Source: Mobula hypostoma
Lineage: Eukaryota
NCBI RefSeq assembly: GCF_963921235.1
Contig: NC_086102.1
Coordinates: 28,458,001-28,522,000 of the forward strand
DNA length: 64,000 nt
Reading direction: 5' to 3'
The notes below the pieces were generated by a model. That model was given only the letters and a program-made list of their open reading frames with translations. It made no database searches and was not told the DNA's origin. Made by a program: the position numbers and the translations under genes. Shown one piece after another: positions 50,265 through 62,649 of this stretch (position 1 is the stretch's first letter; every line of letters starts with the position of its first letter).

Positions 50265-50558
50265 ACTGAAGGAAGAGTGAGTAAGGGATTTGAAAGTTGG
50301 AGGGGGAGGTGGAGATCCAAAATGATAGGAGAAGACAGGAGGGGGAGGGATGATGCCAAGAGCTGGACAGTTGATTGGCAAAAGGGGATACGAGAGGATC
50401 ATGGGACAGGAGGTCCGGGAAGAAAGACAAGGTGGGGGGGGGGACCCAGAGGATGGGCAAGAGGTATATTCAGAGGGACAGAGGGAGAAAAAGGAGTGAG
50501 AGAAAGAATGTGTGCATAAAAATAAGTAACAGCTGGGGTACGAGGGGGAGGTGGGGCC

Positions 50559-50885
50559 TTAGCGGAAGTTAGAGAAGTCGATGTTCATGCCATCAGGTTG
50601 GAGGCTACCCAGACGGAATATAAGGTGTTGTTCCTCCAACCTGAGTGTGGCTTCATCTTTACAGTAGAGGAGGCCGTGGATAGACATGTCAGAATGGGAA
50701 TGGGATGTGGAATTAAAATGTGTGGCCACTGGGAGATCCTGCTTTCTCTGGCGGACAGAGCATAGATGTTCAGCAAAGCGGTCTCCCAGTCTGCGTCGGG
50801 TCTCGCCAATATATAAAAGGCCACATCGGGAGCACCGGACGCAGTATATCACCCCAGTCAACTCACAGGTGAAGTGTTGCCTCAC
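50559..50885 (-). CDS. GIY-YIG endonuclease domain of the PLE (uninterrupted C-terminal fragment of the element ORF)
   Basis: HFTCELTGVIYCVRCSRCGLLYIGETRRRLGDRFAEH...PVATHF...RLEEQHLIFRLGSLQPDGMN contains VIY, CxxC, YIGET, the conserved R and E, and the terminal GxN. The Cys insert between GIY and YIG is typical of Neptune PLEs. Confidence 0.9.
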   Translation of the reverse strand: MRQHFTCELTGVIYCVRCSRCGLLYIGETRRRLGDRFAEHLCSVRQRKQDLPVATHFNSTSHSHSDMSIHGLLYCKDEATLRLEEQHLIFRLGSLQPDGMNIDFSNFR

Positions 50886-51164
50886 CTGGAAGGACTGTTT
50901 GGGGCCCTGAATGGTGGTAAGGGCGGAAGTTTAAGGGCATGTGTAGCACTTGTTCTGCTTACACGGATAAGTGCCAGGAGGGAGATCAGTGGGGAGGGAT
51001 GGGGGGGACGAATGGACAAGGGAGTTGTGTAGGGAGTGATCCCAGCGGAATGCAGAGAGGTGGGGGGAGGGAAAGATGTGCTTAGTGGTGGGATCCCGTT
51101 AGAGGTGGCGGAAGTTACGGAGAATAATATGTTGGACCCGGAGGCTGGTGGGGTGGTAGGTGAG

Positions 51165-51978
51165 CAATTTGTGTGCAGTTTTGATCACCTACCGACAGGA
51201 AAGATGTCAATAACATTGAAAGAGTACAGAGAAAATCTACAAGGATGTTGAAGGGACTGGAGGAGCTGAGTTATATAGAAAGACTGAAAAGGTTAGAACT
51301 TTATTCCCTAAGTTGAATCAGAATCAGAATCAGGTTTATTATCACCGGCATGTGATGTGAAATTTGTTAACTTAGCAGCAGCAGTTCAATGCAGTACATA
51401 ATCTAGCAAAAAATAAAACATAATAATAAATGAACAAGTAAATCAATTACATATATTGAATAGATTATTTAAAAATTGTGCGAAAACAGAAATACTGTAT
51501 ATTAAAAAATGTGAGGTAGTGTCCAAAGCTGCAAAGTCCATTCAGGAATCGGATGGCAGAGGGGAAGAAGCTGTTCCTGAATCTCTGAGAGTGTGCCTTC
51601 AGGCTCCTGTATCTCCTACCTGATGGTAACAGTGAGAAAAGTGCAAGCCCTGGGTGCTGGAGGTCTTTACTGCAGCAGTTTTATGGGAGATTTGATAGAG
51701 GTTGGGTGAGACTACAACTAGAGGTCATGGGTTAAAGATGAAAGGTGAAATGTTTAAGGAGAATATGTGGGGAAACTTCTTCATTCAGTGACGGTGTGGA
51801 ACAAGTTGCTCGTGCAAGTGATGGATGCAATCTCAGTTTCAATGTTTAAGATATGGTATATGAATGGGAGGGAGGTGGTCTGGATGCTGGTCAATGGGTT
51901 GAGGCAGATTAAATAATTCAGCATGGACTAGATGGGCTGAAAGGCCTGTTTCTCTGCTGTAGTTTTCTATGACTCTAA
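51165..51978 (+). mobile_element. CR1 3' fragment interrupted by a minus-strand Rex1 3' end (~51313-51668)
   Basis: CR1 C-terminal and 3' UTR sequence on both sides; (GAATCA)n plus TTTATT marks the Rex1 tail. Confidence 0.75.
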
Positions 51979-52992
51979 TAATTGTTTAGCATATTAATTT
52001 TATTAAAAATACTTTGTTAAAAGAGATATCAAGAGATTAATTTGAGTTTGCCAGCTGAAAAGTTGGCTATTCCTCTCTCATGAAGCCGTGCTTGCCTCAT
52101 GGGAAAATGGTTATGATTTATACTGACTGCTCCCACAATGGTAGCAACCGGATTAGTTCTGAGAACACCGTTCTTCAACATGACTTGAATTACTTGCACA
52201 AGATTTACTGAAACATATGGTCAAAAGACTGGAACAATACTGTCATTTACACAAGTTGACACTTCTGTCTCTGAACCTATTGCAATAATGAACTTTTATG
52301 CACAGCGCAGCAAGACATCAAGGCCAGATGACGTGAATTAAGGTCTCAATAACCCATGCTTAATTTTCTCCGTACACAGACATCCCACCTCTCCTGGAAG
52401 TTCCGGGAGTTTCCCCACATATTGATAGCAGCTCCCTGATGCCTGCAAATTATATACAATATCCCGGAAATCGATTTTTTTGAGAGTGAGCAGGAGGGGG
52501 GGGGGCGGGGAGAGAGAGAGATAGAGATAGAGAGAATCCTGATTGGTCTCTTTTTGTGCTAAGTAGACCCATCAGTTTTCTCTGTGGACGGGCTTTATAG
52601 TCGACCTCTCTCTCTTTCATTGTCCATCAGTTCAGTTTAGTGTCCTGCAGTGCCATGGCAGAGTGTTCCAAAAAAATATATAAAACATACTTCACCCCAG
52701 ACTACACTAAACTGTACCCCTACCTAATAGGGGTCAAAAATAGTGACAGTGTTGCTCGCCGCACTGTTTGCAAGTGACTTTTCTATTGCCCATGGTGGGT
52801 TAAATGACTGTAAAAGACATGTTGAGGTGAGTTCAACAGGTGTCATTTGTTCATTAGCATAGTTAACGTTATTTAAACTAACTGGCTAGCTGTTAAGGAG
52901 CTACTCTATTGATGACCTACATGATGAGGCCAAACTCCCGGCAGATTTGCTTAAAGTTGTAATAGAATAAAAAAACGACTCCATGATAATAT

Positions 52993-53162
52993 GCAAACAA
53001 CAGGAATTCTGCAGATGCTGGAAATTCAAGCAACACACATCAAAGTTGCTGGTGAACGCAGCAGGCCAGGCAGCATCTGTAGGAAACATCGACTGCACCT
53101 CTTCATACAGATGCTGCCTGGCTTGCTGCGTTCACCAGCAACTTTGATGTGTGTTGCCTGGA
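52993..53162. mobile_element. Fold-back PLE-end insertion nested in a hAT derivative
   Basis: Inverted arms; 12-bp TSD CCATGATAATAT (52981-52992 / 53163-53174). Confidence 0.88.
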
Positions 53163-53402
53163 CCATGATAATATAATACTGTATAATATAATTGTGAATC
53201 TTGTGAATCTGATGCCTTGCAAAATTAACAAATTCATTGACACAGACTGCTATGAGGTTGAGGCTTCTGGCAAAACGCTCAAATCTGCCAAGCAAGCCAC
53301 ATCACAGTACAAGGAAAATTTGCAAAAGAAATAGAAAAGCTATTTGCATTAGCATTTAGCTATTAGCATTGAGACTGCCAACAAAATACTCAACAAAGAA
53401 TA

Positions 53403-53427
53403 TGTGTGTGTGTGTGTGTGTGTGTGT
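53403..53427. repeat. (TG)n microsatellite
   Basis: Seen directly. Confidence 0.9.
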
Positions 53428-53939
53428 AAATAGCTTCAATATGTGATCAAATAAATTGTTGTGTTCTTTCATAATCAAATGTCCTGTATACATACACCCT
53501 TGGAGGTCAACCGGGGTGGCGGGGGGGAATATGTGGTTGTGGGGGGTGGGGTGGTGGTGCTACCTCCCTGATATGAGTTTTTGCAGGGTGGGATGTCTGC
53601 ATACATTACCTTCATATGAGACATTATTAATGGCAGTAAATGGTAAACACTTACTTTCAAATCTTTAATATGGAATATTTCATAAATATAATCTTTAATC
53701 ATAGACAACAATGTAATTTGTTAGTTAACATTTTCAGAATGTATGTGCCATAAAATTGAGCTGAAGAAATTGATAAATCTTGTGACAAGTCAATTTAGGC
53801 TTTATTACAGTGATGTGATGTCGAATGCTGATTGAACTATGATACAGGTCTTAAGCTAAAAGTCCTGTTCCCTAAATATTAGACATTTCTGGAAGTTCAG
53901 CAAATTAGAATGTCTCTGACTTTGCTGCATCATTTAGAG

Positions 53940-54019
53940 CAGGGGGTACTCAACCTTTCTTTGCCATGGACCCCTACCATTAATCGAGGGGTCCGAGGAC
54001 CCCAGCTTGTGAACCTCTG
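53940..54019. mobile_element. ~80-bp hAT (Charlie-like) MITE
   Basis: CAGGGG...CCTCTG termini and perfect 8-bp TSD ATTTAGAG. Confidence 0.85.
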
Positions 54020-54559
54020 ATTTAGAGTGATGTGCCAGTTCAGATGCAAGTCAACCTGACCTAAAGTATCTAACCTACTTTGGAAAACGATAGTAGAAGA
54101 ATATTTGTTAAGAATTAATTTTACTTAACTTTCTTTTTTTACATGACCAAAATCAGGGAAAATTTGAAATCCAACAAGCCCAAGGATACTTTTGATTTGG
54201 ATACCATATCTGTAGAAAACTATTTCTGGTTTGAAATAAAACAAATCAAACAAAACTTGTTGGTTCAAGGGCCCATTTGTCGCAACCAGTTATAAACTTG
54301 TCGCTGCACATGTAATCAGAGCGATTTATGAAACTGAAGAAATGCGATTCCAGCTGTCAGCATACTCAAGAAGAATGAAGAAAGGACTTGTATTCTGGAT
54401 AAGTCAACACGCGTTGTTTCAATTGTAATTTAAGAAAATGCAAACATAAAGAGTAGCTTATTTGCTCCACAAGCACGTTCAGTCATTCAATGATCACATC
54501 TGAATATTTACATCAACTATTTTCTTGTCCTACTTCCATGCCCTTTGATTTCCCAAGTA

Positions 54560-55140
54560 CCCACATATCTTGCAGTCTCAGTCTTGGATATACTGTGGTA
54601 GTATTTTTCAAAGGTTCACCAGCCATGAAGTGAAGAGATGGTATTTTGTATTTTCATATTTAAAATATTCATATTCATATTAGGAGTTAGGAAGACAAAT
54701 GGCATGTAGCCTTTGTTGCAAGTGGTTTTCATGGAGCCAAACCTTAAAGGTCCGTAGTCAGACTCCACCTGGAGTATGTCTGCACACTTGGTCTTCTTCT
54801 CCGAGGAAGGATTCTTGCCATGGACAGAGCACATTGTAGGTTTACTAAACTGATTAAAAGATGGCAGGACTAATATACGCAGAGATGTTGTGCTGTTTAG
54901 GTCTATGTTCACAGGACTGGAGAAGATTGAGAAGGTATCTCATAAAAATCTATAAAATTCTAACAGGCCTATATAGACTAGATACAAGGAGGCTGTTTGC
55001 CATGGCTTGGGAGGTTGAAATCAGGTATCACAGGATGCAAGCGTTACCATTTGGAATGGAGATCAGAAGAAATTTTGTCACCAAGTTGGTGAATCGGTGT
55101 AACTTTCTACACAGAAGACAGTGGATGCCAAGTCATTGCT
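54560..55140 (+). mobile_element. Degenerate CR1 3' fragment
   Basis: LGL.S...RRLR..LI..YKILTGL.RLD. Confidence 0.7.
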
Positions 55141-57734
55141 CTGAGGCCAATGTGCAAAACACAACACCAAGAGTCACACACAGTAGAAAGCACATATGGC
55201 ACATATAAAATAGCAAGCTCATAAGATATCAGTAAAATACGGTCACACAAAAATTAATATACTCCAAGGCCCTCAATCCATGAATGTTGTAGCAGTCTGC
55301 AGTTGAACACAATACAGTTTGTCTTCTGCCAAGTGAACAACAGGGGGCAGCACCAACTTCAACTTGGATGCCACACCATGCTACCTCCAGTGAAGTGCAC
55401 CAACTTTGACACCTCTCTCCCGGGCAGCTGTAAACAGGAGCCACCATGGCTTGAGGCCTAGTCGAGGCCACACAACTCCCCCACCGTACACCACTGTCGT
55501 CCATCAATTAATTAGTGAATCGGACGTGCAGCATTTCGCATTAACAATGTCTAACAGGGTCTTGCAATCGCAGGAAAAGCGACTAAGACGATCACTTACT
55601 GTAGATTGCACACCGCCTTTGAGTACTGACTCCTCTGATTGCAGACAGCCGGACGATCCACACCAAGTCCATCTCCTTCGGCTTCTCTGCCAATGAGAAA
55701 CTCATTGATGGTGTAGACCTGCAGTACCTTAAGTTCCTAATGTCCAGCAGGAGCTTGCGATCATAAAAATATATATTTTCAAGTATTTTTATTAATGATT
55801 TCAAGATATCGGATAAAATATTTATATTACATTTGATTGAACATTGAAATTTCCCATCATCTTTACTCAGAGTGGTAGCTGTGTGGAGCGTGCTTCCAGC
55901 AGAAGTGGTTGAGGCAGGTTCGATGTTGTCGTTTAAAGTTAAATTGGATAGATAAATGGACAGGAAAGGAATGGAGGGTTATGGGCCGAGTGCAGGTCAG
56001 TGGGACTAGGTGAGAGTAAGAGTTCAGCACGGACTAGAAGGGCTGAAATGGCCTGTTTCCGTGCTGTAATTATTACATGGTTATATCAATAGTGTTAAAT
56101 TGGTCTGTTGTTTTGAATATGTTAACTGTTATTCTGCTCATAAGATTAACTTTATGTGTTACGTGTACATCGAAACATGCGGTGAAATATATCGATTGTC
56201 TGAAATGTTATCAGGCATCCTGCCGGTGTCACCATGTTTCCAGTGCCAATATAGCATGCCCACAACTTACTGACCCTAACAGTGTGCCTTTGGAGTGTGG
56301 GAGGAAACTACAGCGACCAGAGGAAGCCCTCACGGTCACTGGAAGAATGTGAAAACTCCCTTCAGGAACTGAAATAGCTGCATAAATGGTCCTACTATCA
56401 GAGTCCCTGTACTTAGGACATCACTGCTGTCACATTGACTTTGCTCCACTAAATTTACAAAATCGAAAGCTGGGAGCTGAAGAGCAGGAAATGGTAGAAC
56501 TCGGTCTGGGACCCAAAAAGGACTAGTGAGCAAGATCAAATATGCTCAGCACTTGTAGCTGAGATTATAGTAAATGGTCGGGGGAGGGGTCATCGCGTCT
56601 GACAATAAGCCAACAGCCGCATCAATATCTGTTGGAACATGAAAGAGCAAAGGAAGGGAGAATATCCATCAGCCAAGGTGACCTTCAAACACAACCAGCG
56701 GTTCGGAAATTAAAGAGAGTTAAAATATCATTGAAGAGGCTGTGGCATGAACGTACACACAGCACGCCAGGGACAGCCTGAGGCAATAGTGATAGTCAAA
56801 TCCAGGTTTAATGGTAAATATTTTAAGAAAAATAAAAAAAGAAATAAAACTATATTTTGAAATGCAGTCAATTTGTTTTCAGAGTGCTGAAAATCCCTGT
56901 AATCAAATCAGTGGAAACTGTTAAAAGCCAAGCTAGAAAATACCAGGTACCCAAAAAAGAAAATTTAGCTTAAAAAGTTAAAAGCAGAACTCACTTGAAC
57001 AAAAATAAAATGATTGACAATTCTCTAAACAGAAAGCACTCCCTAACAATACTGCTCAGGGCACTGTAAAGCAGTATTATTCACTTACAGCATGGCTCTA
57101 TTATAAATGTGGATACAGGAATTTATAGTAAAAAGGAACACTGACACTGCAACTGTGACAGCAGGGAGTCAAATGGCACAGACAGGAAATCTGTACAGAC
57201 ACAGATATTCAATATATAACATGCATATTACAAATTTCCGTTCTCATGCAGAAAAGCACAAAGGAAATTGGTGCAAAATTACAACTTTTTATATTATTAG
57301 AGTCACTATGTCAGAACTGCATTTTTCTGGAACTGGCCCTATCTACCATACCCATAAATGCTAATACCACTTGTCTGCATTAATTCAATAAACCTCTATG
57401 CCTTTCTCAATCAAATACATGGTCATTTAAATATTGTTACTGGTCCTGTCTCTACCACCTCCTCCGGAAGTTCATTGCAGATACTACCTACTCGTTTTCT
57501 AAAGATGAAACTCGTTCAAACACCCTCCCTTTCATTTTAAGTCTATGCCTTCTAGGTTTTTCACACCACTGCCAGGGGGTTATTTATGCTTCTCACAATT
57601 TAACTTACTTTGATCATGTCACCTCTCAGCCTCCTTCGCTCTGGGCTAAACAGACCCAGCCTATCCACTCTCCTTATAACACAAACCCTTCTATGCAGCT
57701 GACATCCTTGAGAAACGTTTTCTGTACAGTTTAT

Positions 57735-60700
57735 AAACCATAGAAACCATAGAAAAACTACAGCACAGAAACAGGCCTTTTGGCCATTCTTGGCTGTGCC
57801 GAACCATTTTCTGCCTAGTCCCACTGACCTGCACACGGACCATATCCCTCCATACACCTCCCATCCATGTATCTGTCCAATTTAGTCTTAAATATTAAAA
57901 AAGAACCCGCATTTACCACCTCATCTGGCAGCTCATTCCACACTCCCACTACTCTCTGTGTGAAGAAGCCCCCCCCTAATGTTCCCTTCAAACTTTTCAC
58001 CCTTCACCCTTAACCCATGTCCTCTGGTTTTTTTCTCCCCTTGCCTAGTGGAAAAAGCCTGCTTGCATTCACTCTATCTATACCCATCATAATTTTATAT
58101 ACCTCTATCAAGTCTCCCCTCATTCTTCTACACTCCAGGGAATAAAGTCCTAACCTACTCAACCTTTCTCTGTAACTGAGTTTTTCAAGTCCCGGCAACA
58201 TCCTTGTAAACCTTCTCTTCACTCTTTCAACCTTATTTATATCCTTCCTGTAATTTGGTGACCAAAATGGAACACAATACTCCAGATTCGGCCTCACCAA
58301 TGCCTTATACAACCTCATCATAACATTCCAGCTCTTATACTCAATACTTTGATTAATAAAGGCCAATGTACCAAAAGCTCTCTTTACGACCCTATCTAAC
58401 TGTGACGACACTTTTAGGGAATTTTGTATCTGTATTCCCAGATCCCTCTGTTCTACTGCACTCCTCAGTTTACCATTTACCCTGTATGTTCTACTTTGGT
58501 TTGTCCTTCCAAAGTGCAATACCTCACACTTGTCTGTATTAAACTCCATCTGCCATTTTTCAGCCCATTTTTCCAGCTGGTCCAAGTCCCTCTGCAGGCT
58601 CTGAAAACCTTCCTCACTGTCCACTACACCTCCAATCTTTGTATCATCAGCAAATTTGCTGATCCAATTTACCACATTATCATCCAGATCATTGATATAG
58701 ATGACAAATAACAATGGACCCAGCACTGATCCCTGTGGCACACCACTAGTCACAGGCCTCCACTCTGAGAAGCAATCCTCTACTACCACTCTTCGGCTTC
58801 TTCCATTGAGCCAATGTCTAATCCAATTTACCACCTCTCCATGTATACCTAGCAACTGAATTGTCCTAAATAACCTTCCATGCGGGACCTTGTCAAAGGC
58901 CTTACTGAAGTCCATGGAGACAACATCCACTGCCTTCCCTTCATCCACTTTCCTGGTAATCTCCTCGAAAAACTCCAATAGACTGTTCAAACATGATCTA
59001 CCACGCACAAAGCCATATTGACTCTCCCTAATAAGTCCCTGTCTATCCAAATGCTTGTAGATTCTGTCTCTTAGTGCTCCTTCCAATAACTTACCCACTA
59101 CCGACATCAAACTTACCGGCCTATAATTTCCCAGATTACTTTTCATCTTTTTTAAACAACGGAACAACATGGGCCATTCTCCAATCCTCTGGCCCCTCAC
59201 CCGTAGACACTGACATTTTAAATATTTCTGCCAGGGCCCCTGCAATTTCAACACTGGTCTTCTTCAAGGTCCGAGGGAATACCCTGTCAGGTCCTGGGGA
59301 TTTATCCACTTTAATTTGCCTCAAGATAGCAAGCACCTCCTCCTTTTCAATCTGTACAGTTTCCACTACTTGTTTCCCTTAATTCCATAGATTTCATGCC
59401 AGTTTCCTTAGTAAATACAGATGCAAAAATCCCATTTAAGATCGCCCCCATTTCTTTTGGTTCCGCACATAGCCGACCACTCTGATCTTCAAGAGGACCA
59501 ATCTTATCCCTTACAATCCTTTTGCTCTCAATATACCTGTAAAAACTCTTTGGATTATCCTTCACTTTGACTGCCAAGGCAACCTCATGTCTTCTTTTAG
59601 CCCTCCTGATTTCCTTTTTAAGTATTTTCTTGCACTTTTTATACTCCTCAAGCACCTTATTTACTCCCTGTTTCCTATACATGTCATACAACTCTCTCTT
59701 CTTCTTTATCAGAGTTGCAATATCCCTTGAAAACCAAGGTTCCTTATTACTATTCACTTTGCCTTTAATCCAGACAGGAACGTACAAGCTCTGCACTCTC
59801 AAAATTTCCCCTTTGAAGGCTTCCCACTTACCGATCACATCCTTGCCAGAGAACAACCTGTCCCAATCCACACTTTTTAGATCCTTTCTTATTTCTTCAA
59901 ATTTGGCCTCCTTCCAGTTCAGAACCTCAACCCTGGGACCAGATCTATCTTCATCCATGATCAAGTTGAAACTAATGGTGTTATGATCACTGGAACCAAA
60001 GTGCTCCCCTACACACACTTCCGTCACTTGTTCTAACTCGTTTCCTAATAGGAGATCTAATATCGCATCCCCTCTAGTTGGTACCTCTATATATTGATTT
60101 AGAAAACTTTCCTGAACACATTTTACAAACTCTAACCCATCTAGACCCCTAACAATATGGGAGTCCCAATCAATATGTGGAAAATTAAAATCCCCTACCA
60201 CCACAACTTTATGTTTCCTGCAGTTGCCTGCTATCTCTCTGCAGATTTGCTCTTCCAAGTCTCGTTGACTATTGGGTGGTCTGTAATACAATCCCACTAA
60301 TGTGGCCATACCTTTCCTGTTTCTCAGCTCCACCCATAAGGACTCAGTAGACAAGCCCTCTAATCTGTCCTGCCTGAGCACTGCTGTAACATTTTCCCTG
60401 ACAAGCAATGCTACCCCCCCCCCCCGCCTTTCATTCCTCTGTCTCTATCACATCTGAAACATTGGAACCCTGGAATATTAAGCTGCCAGTTCTGCCCCTC
60501 CTGTACCAAGTTTCACTAATTGCTATAACGTCATAATTCCACGTGTCAGTCCACGCCCTCAACTCGTCTGCCTTCCCCGCAATACTCCTAGCATTGAAAT
60601 ATATACACCTCAGAAGATTTTTACCACCACTCACAACCTTTCTATTTGCGGCTTTGCTTGAACTTTTAACATCATTTATTTTCACCCCAGCCCCACTGTC

Positions 60701-60965
60701 AGCTCTGGCGCTCTGGTTCCCATCCCCCTGCAAATCTAGTTTAAAGCCTCCCCAACAGCACTAACAAACCTCTCTGAAAGGATATTGGTCCCTTTGTAGT
60801 TCAAGTGTAACCCGTCTCACTTGTACAGGTCCCACCTGCCCCAGAAGAGGTCCCAATGATCCTGTAATCTGAAACCCTGCCCCCTACACCAGTTCCTCAG
60901 CCACTTGTTCATCTTCCAGAGCATCCTATTCTTACCCTCACTGGCACGTAGCACAGGTAGCAATC
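57735..60965 (-). mobile_element. Young CR1-clade LINE: 3' part of ORF1, near-complete frameshifted ORF2, 3' UTR and microsatellite tail
   Basis: APE endonuclease motifs (YFNARS, IAISETW, YRPPN, GDFN, LDL, SDH) and RT motifs (NYRPVSL, DFSKAFD, GVPQGSVLGPLLF, FADD); tail (TTTCTATGG)n. Sits between two halves of an older CR1 (~57330-57730 and ~60970-61200). Confidence 0.95.
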
Positions 60966-61407
60966 TTGTGTAGTTTAATCATATCATCCTGTATTGCGGT
61001 AAACAGCACTGCAGTGAGTACACCAAGTGCAGTCTAACCAACATTTTGTGCATCAATAACAGGATGTCCCAACACTTCTACTCAATGCTTCCGCTGATGA
61101 AGACAAACATGCTTATGCTTTCTCCAACACCCTGTGTTGTTACTTTCAGGAAACTACACATACTTGTATTCCCCCCCAAGGTCTTTCTGTTTAACAACAC
61201 TTGGGAACACTGCACCAGCTTTCCCTCGCTCACAATTATTCGGGAAACTACCTTCAAACGTCCCTGCTCTAATCACCTCTCCTCCCAACCCCATGAAGCA
61301 CAGCAGCTCCAATACTGGCATCAGCTTGCAATTATAACAACCAAAATATATGTAATCAGTTTACAACATAAAATACAAGTACCAAATTATACAACGATTT
61401 AGTAGAA

Positions 61408-61980
61408 TACAGTGGATTCTGGTTAATTGGCCAAGAGTTAATCAGGGTACTGTTTATTTTGGACAACTCTTAAAGAACAAAACCTAACTCAAGAATATAA
61501 CCAGGATTCCCTTTGCTTATTTGGGACAATATGCCACTTAATTAGGATAAGAGACTATTGCCAGTTTCTAATTAGCGTCAGTCACGCACATTTGCATGGC
61601 TGTTAGGCAATACACTCTGCTTAGAGCGATCAGTTTTTAAATAGTGTCAGTTGTATGTGTTTGGTATTCAAAAAACAGTGATTTTTGTCACTGATAGTTG
61701 GAGAGAAAGGAGCAGTAAGACAATTCAGAAATCTGCTCACTGCAGTTTTAAGTACTTCTGGCTTGGAGATGTCAGAAACAGCTGGGAGTGAAATGAAACA
61801 ATTTTTCTACTTCAATAAGTTGGGAATTATGAACGTATTGACAATCATCTTGAATGTTACAATGATAATGAAGATTTGGAGGATGCAATCATCGAAAGCA
61901 TTATATGAAGGCAGTCCATTATCATCAAGGTGTCTGCACTGAGTTTGTTCATTTACAGTCAGTCAAAAAACATGGTGTTA
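61408..61980. mobile_element. Probable Tc1/mariner-pogo (Tigger-like) non-autonomous remnant
   Basis: Begins TA|CAGTGGATTCTGGTTAATTGG with internal GGGACA repeats; the second TIR was not found. Confidence 0.4.
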
Positions 61981-62649
61981 TATTTTGTAACTTTAGAACA
62001 TTAGATTAGATTATGAAAACACACAGTCCTCTTTTATTGTCATTTAGTAATGCAAGCATTAAGAAATGATACAATATTTCCTCCGGTGTGATATCACAAA
62101 ACGCAGGACAGACCAAGACTGAAAAAACTAACAAAACCACATTAATTATAACATATAGTTACAACAGTGCAACAATACCATAACTTGAGGAAGAAGTCCA
62201 TGAGCACAGTAAAAAGTTCAAAGTCTCTCAAATGTCCCATATCTTACGCAGACGGGAGAAGGAAGAAAAACTCTCCCTGCCATGCCCAAACACAGTCTGA
62301 CTCTGAGTCATCCAAAAACTTCGAGCCTCCGATCAGCTCTCCAACACCGAGTACTGAGCACCATCTCTGTCTGAACGATTCAACCTCAGTCGCCAAAAGC
62401 AGGCAAAACCAGGGATTTTAAGGCCTTCCCTCCGGAAGATTCCCGACTGCGCAGTAACAACAGCAGCGAACTAGTGTTTCAGAAATTTCTCCAGATGTTT
62501 CCCTGTGCTTTCATGGCTGTCTCCATCAAATCAGAATTGTCCACTAATTCATTAACATCAAACTAATTCAAAGGAAGACTTTGCTGTGGAGCATTTCTTA
62601 CTCTTGTGGGGTAATGTCCTTTAGCCTTGGGGTATCCACCATTGAACAC

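Larger units (their letters stand above)
50165..51163 (-). mobile_element. 5'-truncated Penelope-like element (Neptune type) with GIY-YIG endonuclease, 3' UTR and hammerhead
   Basis: GIY-YIG frame at 50559-50885 is followed by a pyrimidine-rich 3' UTR, the hammerhead motif and the family terminus ...GATGTGTGTTGC. Confidence 0.88.
52377..53599 (+). mobile_element. Non-autonomous hAT-like DNA transposon (deletion derivative)
   Basis: 13-bp TIR CAGACATCCCACC / GGTGGGATGTCTG; flanks CGTACA / CATACA; residual zinc-finger-like frame at 52655-52826 (TVC.SDFSIAHGGLNDCKRH, one frameshift). Confidence 0.75.

Noticed and set aside
48346-53295. Recurrent short ORFs (ATHIKVAGERSRPGSI..., DAAWPAAFTSNF...) suggesting a repeated small-protein family
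   Set aside because: They are alternative-frame translations of the non-coding PLE terminal repeat and appear on both strands because of the fold-backs.
57085-57192. Candidate EVA1C upstream exon (AG...GTAAGT bounded)
   Set aside because: It has an in-frame stop in the phase needed to join the 40910 exon; it could at most be non-coding.
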